A stretch of DNA of 64,000 bases from Antedon mediterranea (taxonomy: Eukaryota; Animalia; Echinodermata). The translations under genes and the position numbers were made by a program. This document shows positions 12,404 to 27,199 of the stretch, one piece after another; position 1 is the stretch's first letter, and each line of letters begins with the position of its first letter. The notes under the pieces were generated by a model. The model was not told the origin of the DNA. It saw nothing but the letters and a program-made list of their open reading frames with translations, and did not search any database. The stretch covers positions 19,440,912-19,504,911 of the forward strand of contig NC_092675.1 in assembly GCF_964355755.1 (NCBI RefSeq), in the 5' to 3' direction.

Positions 12404-15328
12404 ATGAACCGGAATACATACGGTTATACAGAGTCGACCTTTCATACTACATACGACATTATCACGATTATCAACATAAAATGATATGATAACCGAATTA
12501 TCGATTCGATACTTAAGACTATTGTTTGTTCGTAAATACGAACCTTGACCCTAAGATTTTAATATTAATCATGGTGACTGATTATTCGGTCTGGATTGGA
12601 AATGTGTGAACGATTCCTTGGTATTGTTTTCAAATTGACTTCATTGGCTAAAAAAAGCGAGTGTCTGGTTCAAGTTCAAGTTTAATTACTTGTTTCTTAT
12701 CATAAGAGGACCATTGGAAAGTACCTTTACCCTAGATATAAATACAAAATTATAAACTTTTTAAAACTATTTTATTGACAATTTGGCCTATTTCAACCAT
12801 TGTGATTCTACAACGACAAAGACATTTGTTGTTATTTGTATTTGATGTCGATATAATGTAGGAAGACATAAGAACATTGAATATAAGAACATATTTATCC
12901 TGGAAACAACGTTACCCACAAGGAACCCCTCACGTGTTCAATCTCCTACTTCTTACAACCCCAGCGGACCTATCCCCGCGTCACATCACGGTCGGTATAT
13001 AGGCCTACCTTTACAACTCCCTGGGCCTACCGAGGTCCTTGCTTTGAAATTGAATTTACTTACTTTTTTTCTTATTGATCGAAGCATGGTGTATTTGGTT
13101 GTTTCAGCTTCGTATGAAGTTTTTCTTCTGTTGTAGTTCTCTACGAATCGTAAATGCTTGTAACTATTTTCGAAAGAGAGGATACAGCCTTTTATTTTGG
13201 TCGTCTGCTCTAGAGTGACTGCGCTCTAGAGTATTGACAATTATTTCTAACCACAGTTCTACCATTAAATACCAATGTGTTTGCCTCTTTAAATGTTGTG
13301 AATCGATTCAACTAATGTTGCGACGTAAAGTTTATTCTGTAACGCCTGTTGCTACCGAGAATACGCTACGTTGACAGCTTCCACTTTCATATCGTCTGCT
13401 CAATGTGGTGTCAATTGTTAATGTTCTAGTCTACGCGCTAATGTGCTCCTCGATAATGTTCTGGATGTATTTTGACGCTACCACTAAATTTGACCACCTA
13501 CAATCCAAGTCTGCATTGATTTCAACGCGTTCACAAATGTTTGATTTAGCTCACAATGTCGTCATTACGGTTATTTCCATGTCAGTGTTTATAGGTCTAT
13601 GTGTCATAATGTTTGTTTTTAAAGAGCAACCCGTCACCTTTAAACTATGACTACGTTCCCAATAACTCGTAGTCACTACAGCTATATACCAAATCATGAT
13701 AATGATAATTGTTATTATTTTAAGGATTCGGAGAAATGTTAACTTTTAAAAATATACTGACTTTTTAAGAGATTTAATAAACTTTGAATGACGTTTCCAT
13801 TTACAACTGTTTCTGATAATTTTTCGTTTCGTGAATTGTTCTGTCAATTTTTCAGTACCGGTACATCTAAATGTTCACATCATGGCTCCTCTGACTTCCC
13901 TATTATTTTCTTGTATTTCTTTTCCTCTCGATTATTTCCTTTAATTTTCATTGAATATCCACAATTCATAAATAAATCTAATTGTTATAACTTCGGTCTC
14001 CAGATGGCGCTCTATCATATGAAGTTCATCTTCATTCATTTCAGGACGTGTTTCAGTTTGCTTCGGATATTTAAACAAGAATGCTTCGAAAATGTAATAA
14101 ACTAATTGAAAAGTATAAAACGGGGAATGTCGATATTATGATGTTTGCATGCTCAGTACAAAGGTTTTCCGTCATAGCTACCACCAGAACATCGATTCCA
14201 AACCAAATTTAGATGACGTTCGCTAAGGTTTTCAAGCAAGTTATAATATATTGATTCGACAAAACTATCGAATATATAATAATATAAACTAGGCCTAAAC
14301 AATATTAGACCTTGTAAATAACGTTTTTAAAGTGAAGCCAAAACCAAAACGTAAAAACAACTACATAGAAGAAAATGCAATGCGACGTAACGCATGAGAT
14401 ATGAGGCCCCCGGTTCAGGAAAGTGTCCAACGATGGAGGCCTCGGGCGTTTTTAGCCTTTTCGGCATATTTTATGCCTTGTTTTTGCTTCTGGGCACTGC
14501 TCATAACCTCCGGGGCCCCTGGGTTCAGCCAGTGAGCGCTCAGATTAAAAACAGACGGAGCAAAATATGCTTTAAATATAATTATTAATATAAAATATGA
14601 AGATCTGGGGTAAAAATTGAAAAAAATGGCTGGCTCCGGCCCTGGCCACTGAGAAAAAGACAATGTTTAGCATGATCGTTTGCAGATTTACAGAGCATAC
14701 AACGAAACTTTCCTTTCGATAAATGCTGCCACCAATGCGAACTTTTATTGAAACAAAAAACATTGTGGACCAATAAAAACAATTCTCTGGAAAACCACCG
14801 GTGCATTTTATGTCCTTGACTTTTAATATTTACAATACGTTCCATCGGTTGCCTTGCCTGAATAACTATTTACCTTTTGAGGACACCAAAATGTTATGGA
14901 ATTAAAATTCGAAATGTTAGCGATAGGTTCTGTATTTTCAGACCAGAAGGAAGATTATCAATAATAAGGTCCTGAAAGGTGAGTTTCAATGTTGGTTTAT
15001 GCTAGGCCTATGTTACTGTATTAATATTATTATTTTCCATATAAGGTGCATAGTATCATATTCTAACACAGGGAGTTTAAACGTTTAAAATAGCTTCCTA
15101 ACCAATAAAATGTTAATCTAGTTTGTGTAGTTGTAAACAAGACGATAAAATGGCACTAAAAGTACCCTCGCCTATTAAATAACTACTAATTGGCACCTTA
15201 ATTTTCTATCATAACGTAGAGAGGTATACCTCCCTGACCTTAGCTAGGCTATAGATATTTTTAGTATTGATCAAGGTGATTATTTTTGTGTACTAATTTT
15301 ATTCGTGCAATGTCTGTTATATTACTAA

Positions 15329-16195
15329 CTAGCAATTATACCCGCCCCAGGGCGGGTTTTAAAATTAGTTTAAAGCCTTCTCAGTACATAACACCCGACG
15401 CCAGTAGGCCTACTTCCCTATATACTCACCAACCCCCACCCCTCTTCAATAAAACCCCACACTCGTTTTAAAAAAAAAATTCTTCCCAGTACAAATTCAA
15501 TTCAACTTCAAATTGAGAGTGTATACATAGCTACGATAGGCCTATGGTTTAAGTACGTTGTAAACTGTGTAAATAAATAGGTTTAATATTGGCTGATAAT
15601 TAAAATCTCTAATGTTGATACTGCGGCCCCCTAGCCTTCTTTGTCCTCTAACCATCCAAGCCACAATCAACAAACCTTAACTCCTCCCCTGGACAGTTCA
15701 AATGTAGTAACTTTTCCTATTACAATTCCAATCATATAGGCTACTTCATTACGCCAGCATTTTCGGTCCTCCTCCTCCCACTTCAAACACACCCCAGATA
15801 CTGGGTGATGTGTTTAAGAAGGTTCCAATAAAAATTATGTTAGCCATCACTCCCAACCCATAATCCCTCAGTAGCAGTTTTCATAAGTAGTTTAAAACAT
15901 TCCCAATACAGTTTCGGTCTTGGTGATAGGCCTACATCCCCACCCCAAACTCCCAGCCCCTTTGCAGGGATAATTAAAATACTTTAAGATTTTGCAACCA
16001 CAATTGCGATCATTTTGATACCCCATGGTTACATGCAGAAACAGAAATTTGTAAAACGAACAAACATCGAAAGTGGGCGATTTTGACCTTGTATTGTGGC
16101 CCCTAACTTCGATCCTAGATGGCGGATGATGTTCAAATATAGTAATAGAACACAGTAACAGTAAAGAACGTGTATATGTTCACTTATAATATAGA
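15329..16195 (-). mobile_element. Non-autonomous Helitron, copy 1
   Basis: Minus strand starts TCTATATTATAAGTG and ends with a CCCGCCC-TG-GGGCGGG hairpin followed by CTAG. It sits between A and T with no TSD. Homologous to 36079-37447. Confidence 0.8.
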
Positions 16196-16648
16196 TACTA
16201 TTATTAGGCACTGAGAACTCTAATCTAAGCATATGAATGTTCAGATGAAAAGGCGAATTATCTTGGACTCGGATCTTGTTCTCATGACGCACTTCCATTG
16301 TACTACTGTGTGTGGGTTTCTGTTGTCTCTCATGGTTTTCAATGCATGTTCAAATGTTTAGATAGGAATTGAAATAACACTGTTTCGGGATATTGAAATA
16401 GAGGGGGCGGGGGGAGGGGGAAACCAGGGCCTAAAGTAGTGAAATGCTGACTTAATTTGATGACCAATCCTTTTCCTTACAGTTTGTGAAATTTAGAGGG
16501 GGCTTGAACCTGCCTCAGCCTGTTGTTTATTGTATCTATAAACAGAGGAATATTTAGTTTAATTTTTTTAAATATTTTTTTATTTTAACCATATTTAATG
16601 AGGGTGATCCATCCAGCATTTGCTGATCATTTGGGACCCTCAGTTTAT

Positions 16649-17686
16649 GACCCCATTTACACTTCAGCTTTTAGCGAGCCCGAGGCCGGCTCGAGGCCGG
16701 CTCCGAGCCAAAAGTGCACAAGTGTAAACACTCTGGGAACAACCGAGCCGGCCTCGAGCCGGCTCAATTTTGAGCCTAGTCTAGAGTAGGCTTCGGGCCG
16801 GCAATTGCGGGCTTCGGGCCGGCACTTCGTATAGTGTAAACACTCGCGGTCATAAAATGAACGTTCTGGGTCAACTATAGCTTTAAGTTTACGAAACTTA
16901 TTGCTGATGAATCGGAAATTCTTCATTGAAATTAAATTGGTGAAGATAGTATACGCCTTTTTCACGAAACGAAGACATCTTCGATCTATGACAAACAATG
17001 CCGTGCAACGAAGCGTAACCAACAGAAATAAGATAGCGTTTTCATGGGATTTCAGGACACCATGCGGCGCCTATGCTTATAAACTGTGGTGTTTTTTTCG
17101 ATGGACTTAAGAAGTGAAAAAAAAAATTTTAATTTTTTTCAATCACACAGTTATATAGGCTAATCTTTAAAGAACATTTTACAGTACAAATTTTGTCCAT
17201 ACGACTGTCCGTTGAGGAGTTACGAATTTTTAAGTAACTTGTCCTCCGAAAATAGGCTGAAAACGCTATGTTATTTCTGTTAGTTACGCTTCGTTGAACG
17301 GCATTGTTTGTGTTTTCATCGATCGAAGATGTCTTCCCGTTTCGTAAAAAAGGCGTATTATCTACTACTATTCTTTAGAAAACGAGACGCAAACATTAGT
17401 AGTAAAGCAATAATACAATTGTTTTGATCCATATTAAATACCGTTATTTGATTCTTTTTTGATAAAGTTGATAGGCCTAGGCCTTTTTAACATGAGCGGA
17501 TATGACGTGAATGTAGCGAAATCGTACCATCGAGCACTCTTCCGCGAGAGCAAGTGTAAACACAATAGTAGGGGCCCGAGGCCGGCTTTTTGGGTAAGTG
17601 TAAACACATTGCTGGCTAAAAAGAAAGCCGGCGTCGGGCCGACTTCGGGCCGGCTAAGAAATCGTCGATGAAGTGTAAATGGGGTC
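16649..17686. mobile_element. PIF/Harbinger-like MITE carrying a second inverted-repeat element (16952-17357)
   Basis: TIR gaccccatttacactt / aagtgtaaatggggtc, the same as at 23520-24174. The internal ~90-bp inverted arms are tacgcctttt..gcgttttca and tgaaaacgc..aaaaggcgta. Confidence 0.8.
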
Positions 17687-18446
17687 CAAGATATGTGTGA
17701 CTGATGAACTCTTATAAACTCGGGCCTACTTGAGTTTGAATGAAATCTACTGTTAAAATTCTATATAATCGTAAAACCCATGCTTTATGATCAGCCATAA
17801 ATCATTCATTTCTATGTGATAACTATCGTATACAATGTTCAAAATACACGGTACCAGCTGATGAAAACTGCACGGTTACCTCATTGTAATGTTTTATTCG
17901 TGAATCGTGAGGGGTCAGATGTATGAACGTTCAGTTTAGATCCGGGTTCATTAATGGGTTCACTAACAACAGTTTTTACCTTATACACGTACGATTATAA
18001 AAAAATAGAGTCGTCCTGTAACCGAATATCAATAAAAGTGTATTGTCTGTTTAGTGAGCTATATCGTTGTTTAACGGTGTATCGAGGTCAGAAGGTTCAT
18101 CGTCTGAAAATTGAAACAAGATGTTGGTGGTATTGAAAGAATCACGTTATACCCTGCGGGATTCGATGATAGTCATGTCATTCCGCTCAGTTTGTGTATT
18201 TACACTATGCTGTACATGCAGTATTTATTTTTTTGAATACATGGAATACAATGCATTTTTTCCACTCTAAACAAGATTTGTGTACGTTGTGTGTTTCATG
18301 TTTGAACAGTTTGTACATTATTATAAAACTGTTTTCTCGTCAAAATAAACAGAATATCACAATATATTTGGATTTAAAACGGCAAATGTATGTATTGTTA
18401 TAGTGGTTTCCAAGAATATAAACGATGGTTATATTTATTTTAAAAT

Positions 18447-19896
18447 ATGAAAAATATTCATAATACTTTCCCGGCTAACTACAGACCGGTTAGTTTAACG
18501 TCGGTCATAGGGAAAATGATGGAAAGGATTATTAGGGATAAACTTGTAATGTATCTTGAGAGTAATGGTCTTTTGTGCAATGAGCAATTTGGATTCAGAC
18601 AAGGTAGATCATGTGCATTACAACTACTTGATGTCCTGGAGAGTTGGACTACTAACCTGGATAACCATGATAGCTTTGATTGTGTCTATTTAGACTATAA
18701 AAAGGCCTTTGATAGTGTGCCACACCAAAGGCTTCTAGTCAAATTGAAAGGTTTTGGTATTATGGGAAATCTACTAGGATGGCTCTCTAATTATTTGTCA
18801 AATAGAACACAACGAGTTAGTGTCAATGGTCAATTGTCATCACAGGTTCCAGTATTAAGTGGAATTCCACAGGGTAGCGTTGTGGGCCCAATCTTATTTT
18901 CAATCTTCATTAACGATTTACCTGATGTTGTCGAATCTAGTATACGTTTATTTGCAGACGACACCAAGTTGTATAGAGTGGTCAATAACATTGATGATGC
19001 GGATTTATTTCAAAGAGACATTGACAGTGCTTCCCATTGGTCTAATGTTTGGCAATTGCCTTTTAATGACACTAAGTGTAAGGTATTTCATTATGGTCGT
19101 GATAATCCCAATTTCTTGTATTCAATGGCTGGTAATTTACTACATGAGGTAAAGCAGGAGAAAGATCTAGGTGTTACCTTTGATCCTAGTTTAATCTTTA
19201 ATTTGCATGTAGCGGATATTTGTAAAAGAGCTAATAAGAAACTAGGAATGATTTATAGGTCTTTTAAATTCTTGAATAAAGATGGATTTTTGAAGCTGTA
19301 TAAGTCTATTGTCAGGCCAACGCTTGAATATTGTAACACTGTTTATAATCCTATTAGAAAACGAGATCAGGATGAAATAGAGAAGGTCCAGCAAAGAGCA
19401 ACAAGATTGATTCCTAGGTACCGTAATATTCCTTATGAACAACGTTTGAGAATTCTTGGTCTTCCTACCATGAGATATCGAAGGCAGAGAGCAGATATTA
19501 TCCAAGTTTTTAGGATTGTTAAAGGTTTCGATCGTATTTCGATCAACACATTTTTTAAATTTGATCTAGAATCTCGGACCCGTGGGCGACGCGGACACCC
19601 ATATAAACTCAAGTTTAAAAGCTCTCGTCTTAATATTAGGAGGGACACGTTCTCCAGAAGAGTTATTCTCTTATGGAATGCTCTGCCTACGGATGTAGTT
19701 TCATGTGCTACGGTGAACTTGTTCAAAGCAAAACTTAACGTCGCATGGTCTAACCACCCGCTGAAGTTTTCACCCTATTAGCCTATATAGAATATGATTT
19801 TATTGCTAAGAGGGGCTTTTAAGCACTGAGTGCTTCGCCTCGATCCCGTAGACGAAAGTGTACGGGAAACAAGTAAGTAAACAAGTAAACAAGTAA
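18447..19896 (+). mobile_element. 5'-truncated CR1-group non-LTR retrotransposon (RT ORF 18447-19781, 3' UTR, AAACAAGT-repeat tail)
   Basis: Motifs NYRPVSLTS, QFGFR.GRSC, YLDYKKAFDSV, GIPQGSVVGP, LFADD, EKDLGV and RPTLEY are present with no endonuclease domain. Short tandem tail at 19867-19896. The ATG at 18447 is probably flanking DNA. Confidence 0.92.
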
Positions 19897-22800
19897 ATTT
19901 TAGATACATTTACAGGAACTGCAATGATTGCATATCATCATAACCTTAATTAATTAAAACAATGGGATATGACGACCTGTAGCGAAAACAGGACATGGAG
20001 TGAAGCAAAAATAACCTTAGCCAAGCAAATTGAACTCTATTTCCAGGTATATAGGTGTTGTTTTAAGTTTAATAGATAATATGGATGCCTACGCCTACGT
20101 GAAGTCTCAAAGAACGAAGTAAACAACATACAACTATAGAGGTAATTGTCTACCTCCATGATACAACTATAAACTCTGTGAAATATAACACTGATATATA
20201 CACAATAGACAACAATTACTTTATGCTGCTGCTATTTTAAAATAACAGTCAATTTACACTGTGGTTTTTAGTTTTCTATTCTATTAAAATGAGTAAAAGT
20301 GACATCAAATTAAAATGTATTGGCGTAGACCCGCGTTAATCTTTAATTTAAAAAACAACCAATTAGAGACTATGTTCAATAGAACATTAAATCCAGTCTT
20401 ATGAATTGTTTGTACACTTTCAACACACCATGAATTTTACTATTGGTCAAGAATTTCAGTTCCAGCTCATTCGGAGCAATTTTGAAATTTTTCCTTAACC
20501 GTTGACATCGCATGACTTGGATGGCGCCCTACTTGATACCGAATTCAGACTCCTCCACCCACTATCATCGGGATAGTTTTCTTCAATTTCAAGTTTCAGC
20601 TCGATCAGAGCTACTTGAAAATTTCAGATTTGACCTTGGCCTATGACCTTGACGATCTCGTTTTTTCTTCGATCTGCACCCACCCACCAAGTTTGAAGAA
20701 TTCTTTCTGAATAAACCCTTGATTTACAAAACAAACTATAGTCCCTAGGTTTTTAGTATACAAATCGACCAATTTAGCCACCTTCCCGACCTCCGATCAA
20801 AACCCCACGAACAAGATATGATTGGGAAGATAAGCCGGACAAATTAGACCTGATGGCAAGTTTGTAAAATTGAAACTAGTAGGCTTTTTCGCAATTGGGG
20901 GAAGGAAAGTAAGAAGGAAACAAAGTTTCGTTTGTGGAACAGAATCGAGAAAAATTAATAAAACTCATAGATAAATAGCAGATTTCTTTGATTTACCAAA
21001 AAAAATACAGTATTAATTACAAGTACTGTATTCAAAATTAGAATAGATATTATTTTTTGCAAAATACTACAAAATTGTCGAAAACAACACTTCGTATACT
21101 TTGAATGTTGACTTCGATAAGGAGGAAACTTGCTAGCAAAGTATACTCTAAACTGAAATTTTGAAAACCGTTTTATACAAAATAATACCATAGTAATCAT
21201 ATTTAAATATAAATGCTAACTTAACCTTGGACTAGACCTATGCCAATCTTCACTTCACTAAAACTACAATAACAAACATACACAATAAGTAAAATAAATA
21301 GATAAATAGATAAATAATCATTGGATTTCTAAGTGTTATAGTTTAATACAAATCCATATTCCTTGTGCTATTGTGTATGTTTTACTTTCTGTGGTTTTTG
21401 TTTACAGTCTCCATTCTGAATTTCACCGACTTTTATTTTCGTCATGGTTACTTACTCCACCCCAATTAAACTGTGCATCTGTGTTGACGTCAGACTTGAC
21501 TTTCAGTCTCGAATTGTTTCTATATATAGATGTATGTAGATTTCTTATATTATGCAATGTATGATAAAACAAACAGGTTTTTTTTATCTTTTATGGGTCT
21601 CTCCCATCTTTATTCATTCAATAATGTATATACAAAAATTCATTATTTATATAATAATATAATAAAATAATATTATAGAACAAGTTGTTAATATAAGACA
21701 AAGAGTTTTTGAAGTTGTGTTTCACGTATGCGTTACGCATTATCAACTTAACAAAGATTTGTTTCTATGCTATATGACTTGCTATAATGAGTTAGAATCT
21801 ATCTAGTAACATATGTATAATCGGGTGTTTATTTCAGACATAAAATACCAGCAGGAAAAATGATGTAAAATTAAAGTGAGCAATATCTCAATTTTAATTA
21901 GGTTACTATCTATTCGCACCATCCTAATAAGAATGTGATGATTTTCGTATGGTATGTGTTTACATGTAAAATTCAGTTGGATGGTATGCACTGCAGGATG
22001 GGTTGAAACTTACCGGTCATCCGTAAACACCCTTGGCAGTTCTATATATATTTCATTCACATAGAAAGGATAGGTTCAACCAATAAGAAACTTACACAAT
22101 GAATACAGTTTAAAAAAATAAAATGTTAAACTACATATTTGTGTAAGAATATTTTGGGCTGAATGGACCAAAAATATTAGCATCTAAATTTTAAGCCTGA
22201 GAAAAAAAAATGATTTGTAAACAAAAAATGTAGGCCTATACAATGTAACTGCTGATGGCGATCCACGTAATCATTGAGTTTCTCTATTAAAATGTGATTG
22301 ATATCGCTATAAGAATTTGACAGGCTTCTGATTATCCAATATTGCAAACCAATGGCGCCCTAATTAAAACTAAATGAGATTTGCGTTGTTATCAATTATC
22401 CTATTACTAATAGAGCCATCGCAGCGGTAATATTATTATTATTATTGGTATTTAATAAAACAAGTATATACAATAAAGAACATTAAATTGCAGCAGCAAA
22501 ATGCTGAATTGAGTTTTATTTACAAAATTTGAATAATATACAAATTTAAAACATCAAAATAATAATACAATTCTTTCATTGAAAAGTATAGTTGCTCTAT
22601 CAAAATGGAACATTATAAAAAAACTACATTTATTCATCAAATATTAATTTTTTTTTAAACACATTAAATTTAAAGCATTCTTCATCTAATATCTTATTTA
22701 AAATTATGATAATTGACAAGAAATACTAATAAAAGTTCCTTCAAAACATACCAGTAATAAATTCATTTTTTTGTAAACTACCCTGGTTTAAGTCAAATAT

Positions 22801-23519
22801 ACGGAGTGTTTGAAATATACACTATATATAGATGGTACATGTATTTGTAACCCAACGCCCAATACATTCAGGGAAATCCCCTAAATGGTTTTCATTTTAG
22901 TGATTGTTGTCAATACCAGATGGAGAAACTTCACTCACTTCCCAGTGGATTAATTTCCTTCCATTCCTACCGGTGCGTTAATCCATTATTCCACATAACA
23001 TACAATGATGTTCACCAATAACTTATGCAATTATCCTGAGTAGGATGATGAACTTTAGTAATGGAAAGATAACATTTTAAATATTAGTTTTGGTGTGTGG
23101 ATCTTCCACATGAATGACATCTGCTGTTTTTCCTACGGTGCGCGTACCGTGCATTTTGTTAATGAACTTGCTTACTATCATAAAACGATTTAAAATTCAT
23201 TCAATTCAATTTCTCATGACGTTTCAGTTGAGTCGATTTATTAATCATCCCGAATCATACTTTTTGATTGATATCTGTCTGTAAATGGGCCGCCTCCGTT
23301 TTTATCATTCAAACACATTTTCCAGAGGCATGGATGTTCTTAACTTGTCGGTATTTACTTATTTCCGATGTGTCAATACTATACATCGTAAAGTGATTCA
23401 TTTATTTGACATAATAAGCTATACGAACTCTGCGGGTTATCCAGATCCAGCCCTATCAAACATTCTCCATTTTCGTTGTTGTTTCACTCAGAAGAGGCTC
23501 CTCACAAGACACAGCCTTA

Positions 23520-24174
23520 GACCCCATTTACACTTACGTTTGGGTCCAGGGCCGGTCCTGGGCCGGTTGCAAATATTTACCTTTTAGGCCGGCCCAAAAG
23601 CGTTTACACTAGCGACGCAGATTACTGGTCGTAAATAATTTTATCGGAAGTACCATTGCATGCTGGGATACGAAGTACAGTTTGTTTACATTTTTCTCTC
23701 TCTCGATCGTCAATTCAACTCTCCGCGCGAACCGACCGTTTTATATTTATACTGTATTGTTGTTTTTTGTCCCATTAAAAACAAAATGAACCCCACTGTT
23801 TTATATATAATATGGCTATATTTTATGTATATGCGAAACAAGCGGAGGAATACTTTATTGAAAGAAGATGTCTGAAAATAAATTTAACTATATAATGAAG
23901 AAAACAAATTGTCGCCCGGAAAGGAGGAAGGTACGGTATGTACTGAGAATGTCGGATCGTCATAACAACAACCTCATAAAAAGGTCAAACGTTGTTCACG
24001 GTTCACTGCGTAAGCCGGCCCAAACGTAAAAGCCGCTCCTGAACCTACCTGGAGAGGTGGCCCAGATCTGCGTCCGGCCCAGGGCCGGCCTAACTTTTTG
24101 GAGTATTTACACTTATCAATTGCCGACCCAGGGCCGACCCAGGGCCGGCCTAAATCGTAAGTGTAAATGGGGTC
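23520..24174. mobile_element. PIF/Harbinger-like MITE
   Basis: TIR gaccccatttacacttacg / cgtaagtgtaaatggggtc with an exact TTA duplication on both sides and GGCC-rich subterminal repeats. Confidence 0.85.
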
Positions 24175-25449
24175 TTAGTCTCTAGGAGCCTCTGTGCAAC
24201 ATATAACAAACATTAGCTTAATACTACTGATGAATTGTAACATTTGGAATTCACAAAAATGTGTTAAGTGATATAATGTTATGTAATGACATGAGATAAT
24301 ATGAATGTAAATAAAAGTGGTGTTTGCGCCACAATAGAAGGTGGAAATATATAACAACAAAATCTAAATGTAAATATTTTGGTACCAACTAAATATTCCT
24401 GAACATAAAATATGCTATAAATAACATAAAAGTTGATGGTTTAGAAGTAAGAGTAGAGTCTTGATCAAGTAAATATTTAACAATTGTGTCAACACTGATG
24501 AGTAGTTCATGTCTTTGAATAGAGAATAAAAGGCAATTTTAAACCCCAAATGAACTTGTCTCTAAATTTGTCCCAAAAGAAGCACTTCCGGGACTGAGTT
24601 TATTAATAAATACGGATGAAATTGTCCGATTCGGAAATTTCTGACGCAGAACCCCTGGGAAATGTGATGACGTACCGGTAATGCAGTAGACGTAGGAGCT
24701 GTCGATTAAAATAGCTTTCGTTTATTTTATACCTGCGAAAATTGAGCCGACACATTTCGCTAATAAATGCAATGTCTTTCCAAGAATCTTGGCATCAATT
24801 GAATTATACTAATAATATTAAATAATTGATGAGCTGTTTATATTAGGTTAATTATGTTCATAAATTAGTATTGATCTATCTATAAACAGTCAGTGTGATC
24901 TATAACTAATAAAGTTTTCCTAATTATGGTATATGTGTGCACTGTGGTACATGTAGTAACCTGGTATACTGTAATTATTTATTTTAGACGTTATTTCAAA
25001 CTTAGCCTAGTTACCATTTCGATAATTTAAATCTATATTTGGGCCTAAATGATTATGGTAAATTCCCAGAAGAGGATTTACATCACTATAAGTGTCCCCT
25101 GTCATAAATGTGTGTCGGTCCATTTTTTGTATTTGGAATATTGCAATAATAAAAAGAACAAATACAAAACATTCACTGCCGTCTGACGTTGTTTCTAATT
25201 TTAACATACGATTAAGAATGTGCGCTAGCCGTGACATGCAGGTAGTTTGTATTTATCTAGTAATATACATTATCATAACTGAATGTTATTCTTTCAATAG
25301 AAATAGACCTATTCATCTTTGAATCCTGGTATTATTTTACGACCGATATTTTGTTGACATATAAAGTTGAGTCTGAACGTGTATTTATTCAAATAATATT
25401 ATACTTGTATTTAGACCGAACGCTATACCACTCCTGTATAATACACTAC

Positions 25450-25947
25450 TATGGAACGCCGTTTACGCAACATTTCAATGATATGAATTTTATGACGCGA
25501 TATGTGAATGAAATGCATCGATATGAATTGAATGGCGCGATATAGGCCCTATGAATGAAATGTTTTGAATTGAATGCTTTGAATTGAATGTTTTGAATGA
25601 AATGTTTTGAATGAAATGTTTTGAATGAAATGCTTTGAATGAAATGTTTTGAATAAATTGTTTTGAATGCAATGTTTTTAATGAAATGTTTTGAATGAAA
25701 TGTTTTGAATGAAATGTTTTGAATACGCCGCCAATAGTTTGACTTTTCAATTCAATTCAAACATTTCATTCAAAACATTTCATTCAAAACATTTCATTCA
25801 AAACATTTCGTTCAAAACATTTCATTCAAAACATTTTATTCAAAACATTTCATATCTCGCGCCATTCAATTCATATCGATGCATTTCATTCACATATCGC
25901 GTCATAAAATTCATATCATCAAAATGTTGCGTAAACGGCGTTCCATA
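25450..25947. mobile_element. Palindromic MITE with TATGG...CCATA ends and 6-bp TSD
   Basis: ~90-bp TIRs, then 14-bp gaatgaaatgtttt arrays in inverted orientation. cactac flanks both ends. Confidence 0.85.
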
Positions 25948-27199
25948 CACTACAGCATGCTAGGCCTAATATTCAATACTTGATATCCGATATGATATAC
26001 ATTTTTCATATTCATAACCACTTGGTTCACTGCCTTTTCCTGTAGGAGGTCATTGCACATGCGTAGATATAAGCTCAACTAAAATAGTGAGATATACTTG
26101 TTCTCGGATCATTCTTCGAACTGCGTGATATAGCTAGTGTATGTCGATATAAAGTGCTTTGACGTTATACCAAATGGATGCTATTTGTTACTACGCTTAA
26201 ACTTCCAACAGCCGGCAAGACATACAGGATTAAATAAATAGTTGTGGAAATAACACATAATGATGTCTTATTCATTGAATCGGTTGGTTATTTTAGCCTA
26301 ATGTCGTTGAAATGTTTTAAATAGTCTTCTCTGCAGTGTTTGTTTGGTGGTAAGTTATCGTCTTCCAGTATAAATTGATAGTCACGTCATAATAATTATC
26401 TTAAAAAGTTGGGTTTTTTTTTCGGAGCGTTTGAATTACGTTTTCCTTCCCAAATTTGTTTCTTGCCTATCGAGGAAATCGACCCGACGTTATTTATTTT
26501 TTCTATTTTTTGCAAAAATGACCCCTCTCTTACCAAAATATATGATACCTGACGAATGCAATGAACATACCATGATAGTTACAGTAATAAAAATATAGTT
26601 AGTTGATCCTAATAATTATTATTATATGATTATTCTGTATTGTGTATAGGCCTAATTATATTTATAAGGCCTATACTGCGTTGATATATTCCCACCTAAC
26701 TACTGCCTTTAAAAAAGAGGACGATAAACATTTGGTTAAGTTGGACCTTCACATAATATTTACAGCGCCAGTGAATGCACTTGAGCGTTATATTAAATGC
26801 AATATATTACGTAGTCAATAATACTCGTAGGTTTGAATCCTACACGAGAACTGTTCTCATTGCGCACTGAATCCCTAAATTAACTTGTGTTAGTAAAGTT
26901 AAAACTCTTATTTAGACCACCATAAACATCTTTACGTCACCTGGTAGGATGTTAATTAAATTAATTAAAAAATGTGTATGAATTATTAAAAATTGTCATA
27001 AAAACATCTAATCTAGTTTAAGTGCACCATTCAAGTTCTAGTAAACAGCTACTCTAACATGAATGGTGTTGTTTCTATTGATATGAAAGGCAAAGAGAAA
27101 CTCTAAACTACTCAGCAGCCACAATTAATGCTATTAGGCGAAACTGAACTTTGAGAGTGAAATAAGTCATCCCGCCCCCTCTTTGGTCTTACGGTATAA

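Noticed and set aside
13000-14660. Possible decayed gene or DNA transposon ending near cctggccactg (~14650)
   Set aside because: No matching second terminus and no interpretable translation.
19810-19875. Hammerhead ribozyme in the LINE 3' UTR (ctgag..gaaa)
   Set aside because: No CUGANGA core in a three-way junction; the GAAA is simply a hairpin loop.
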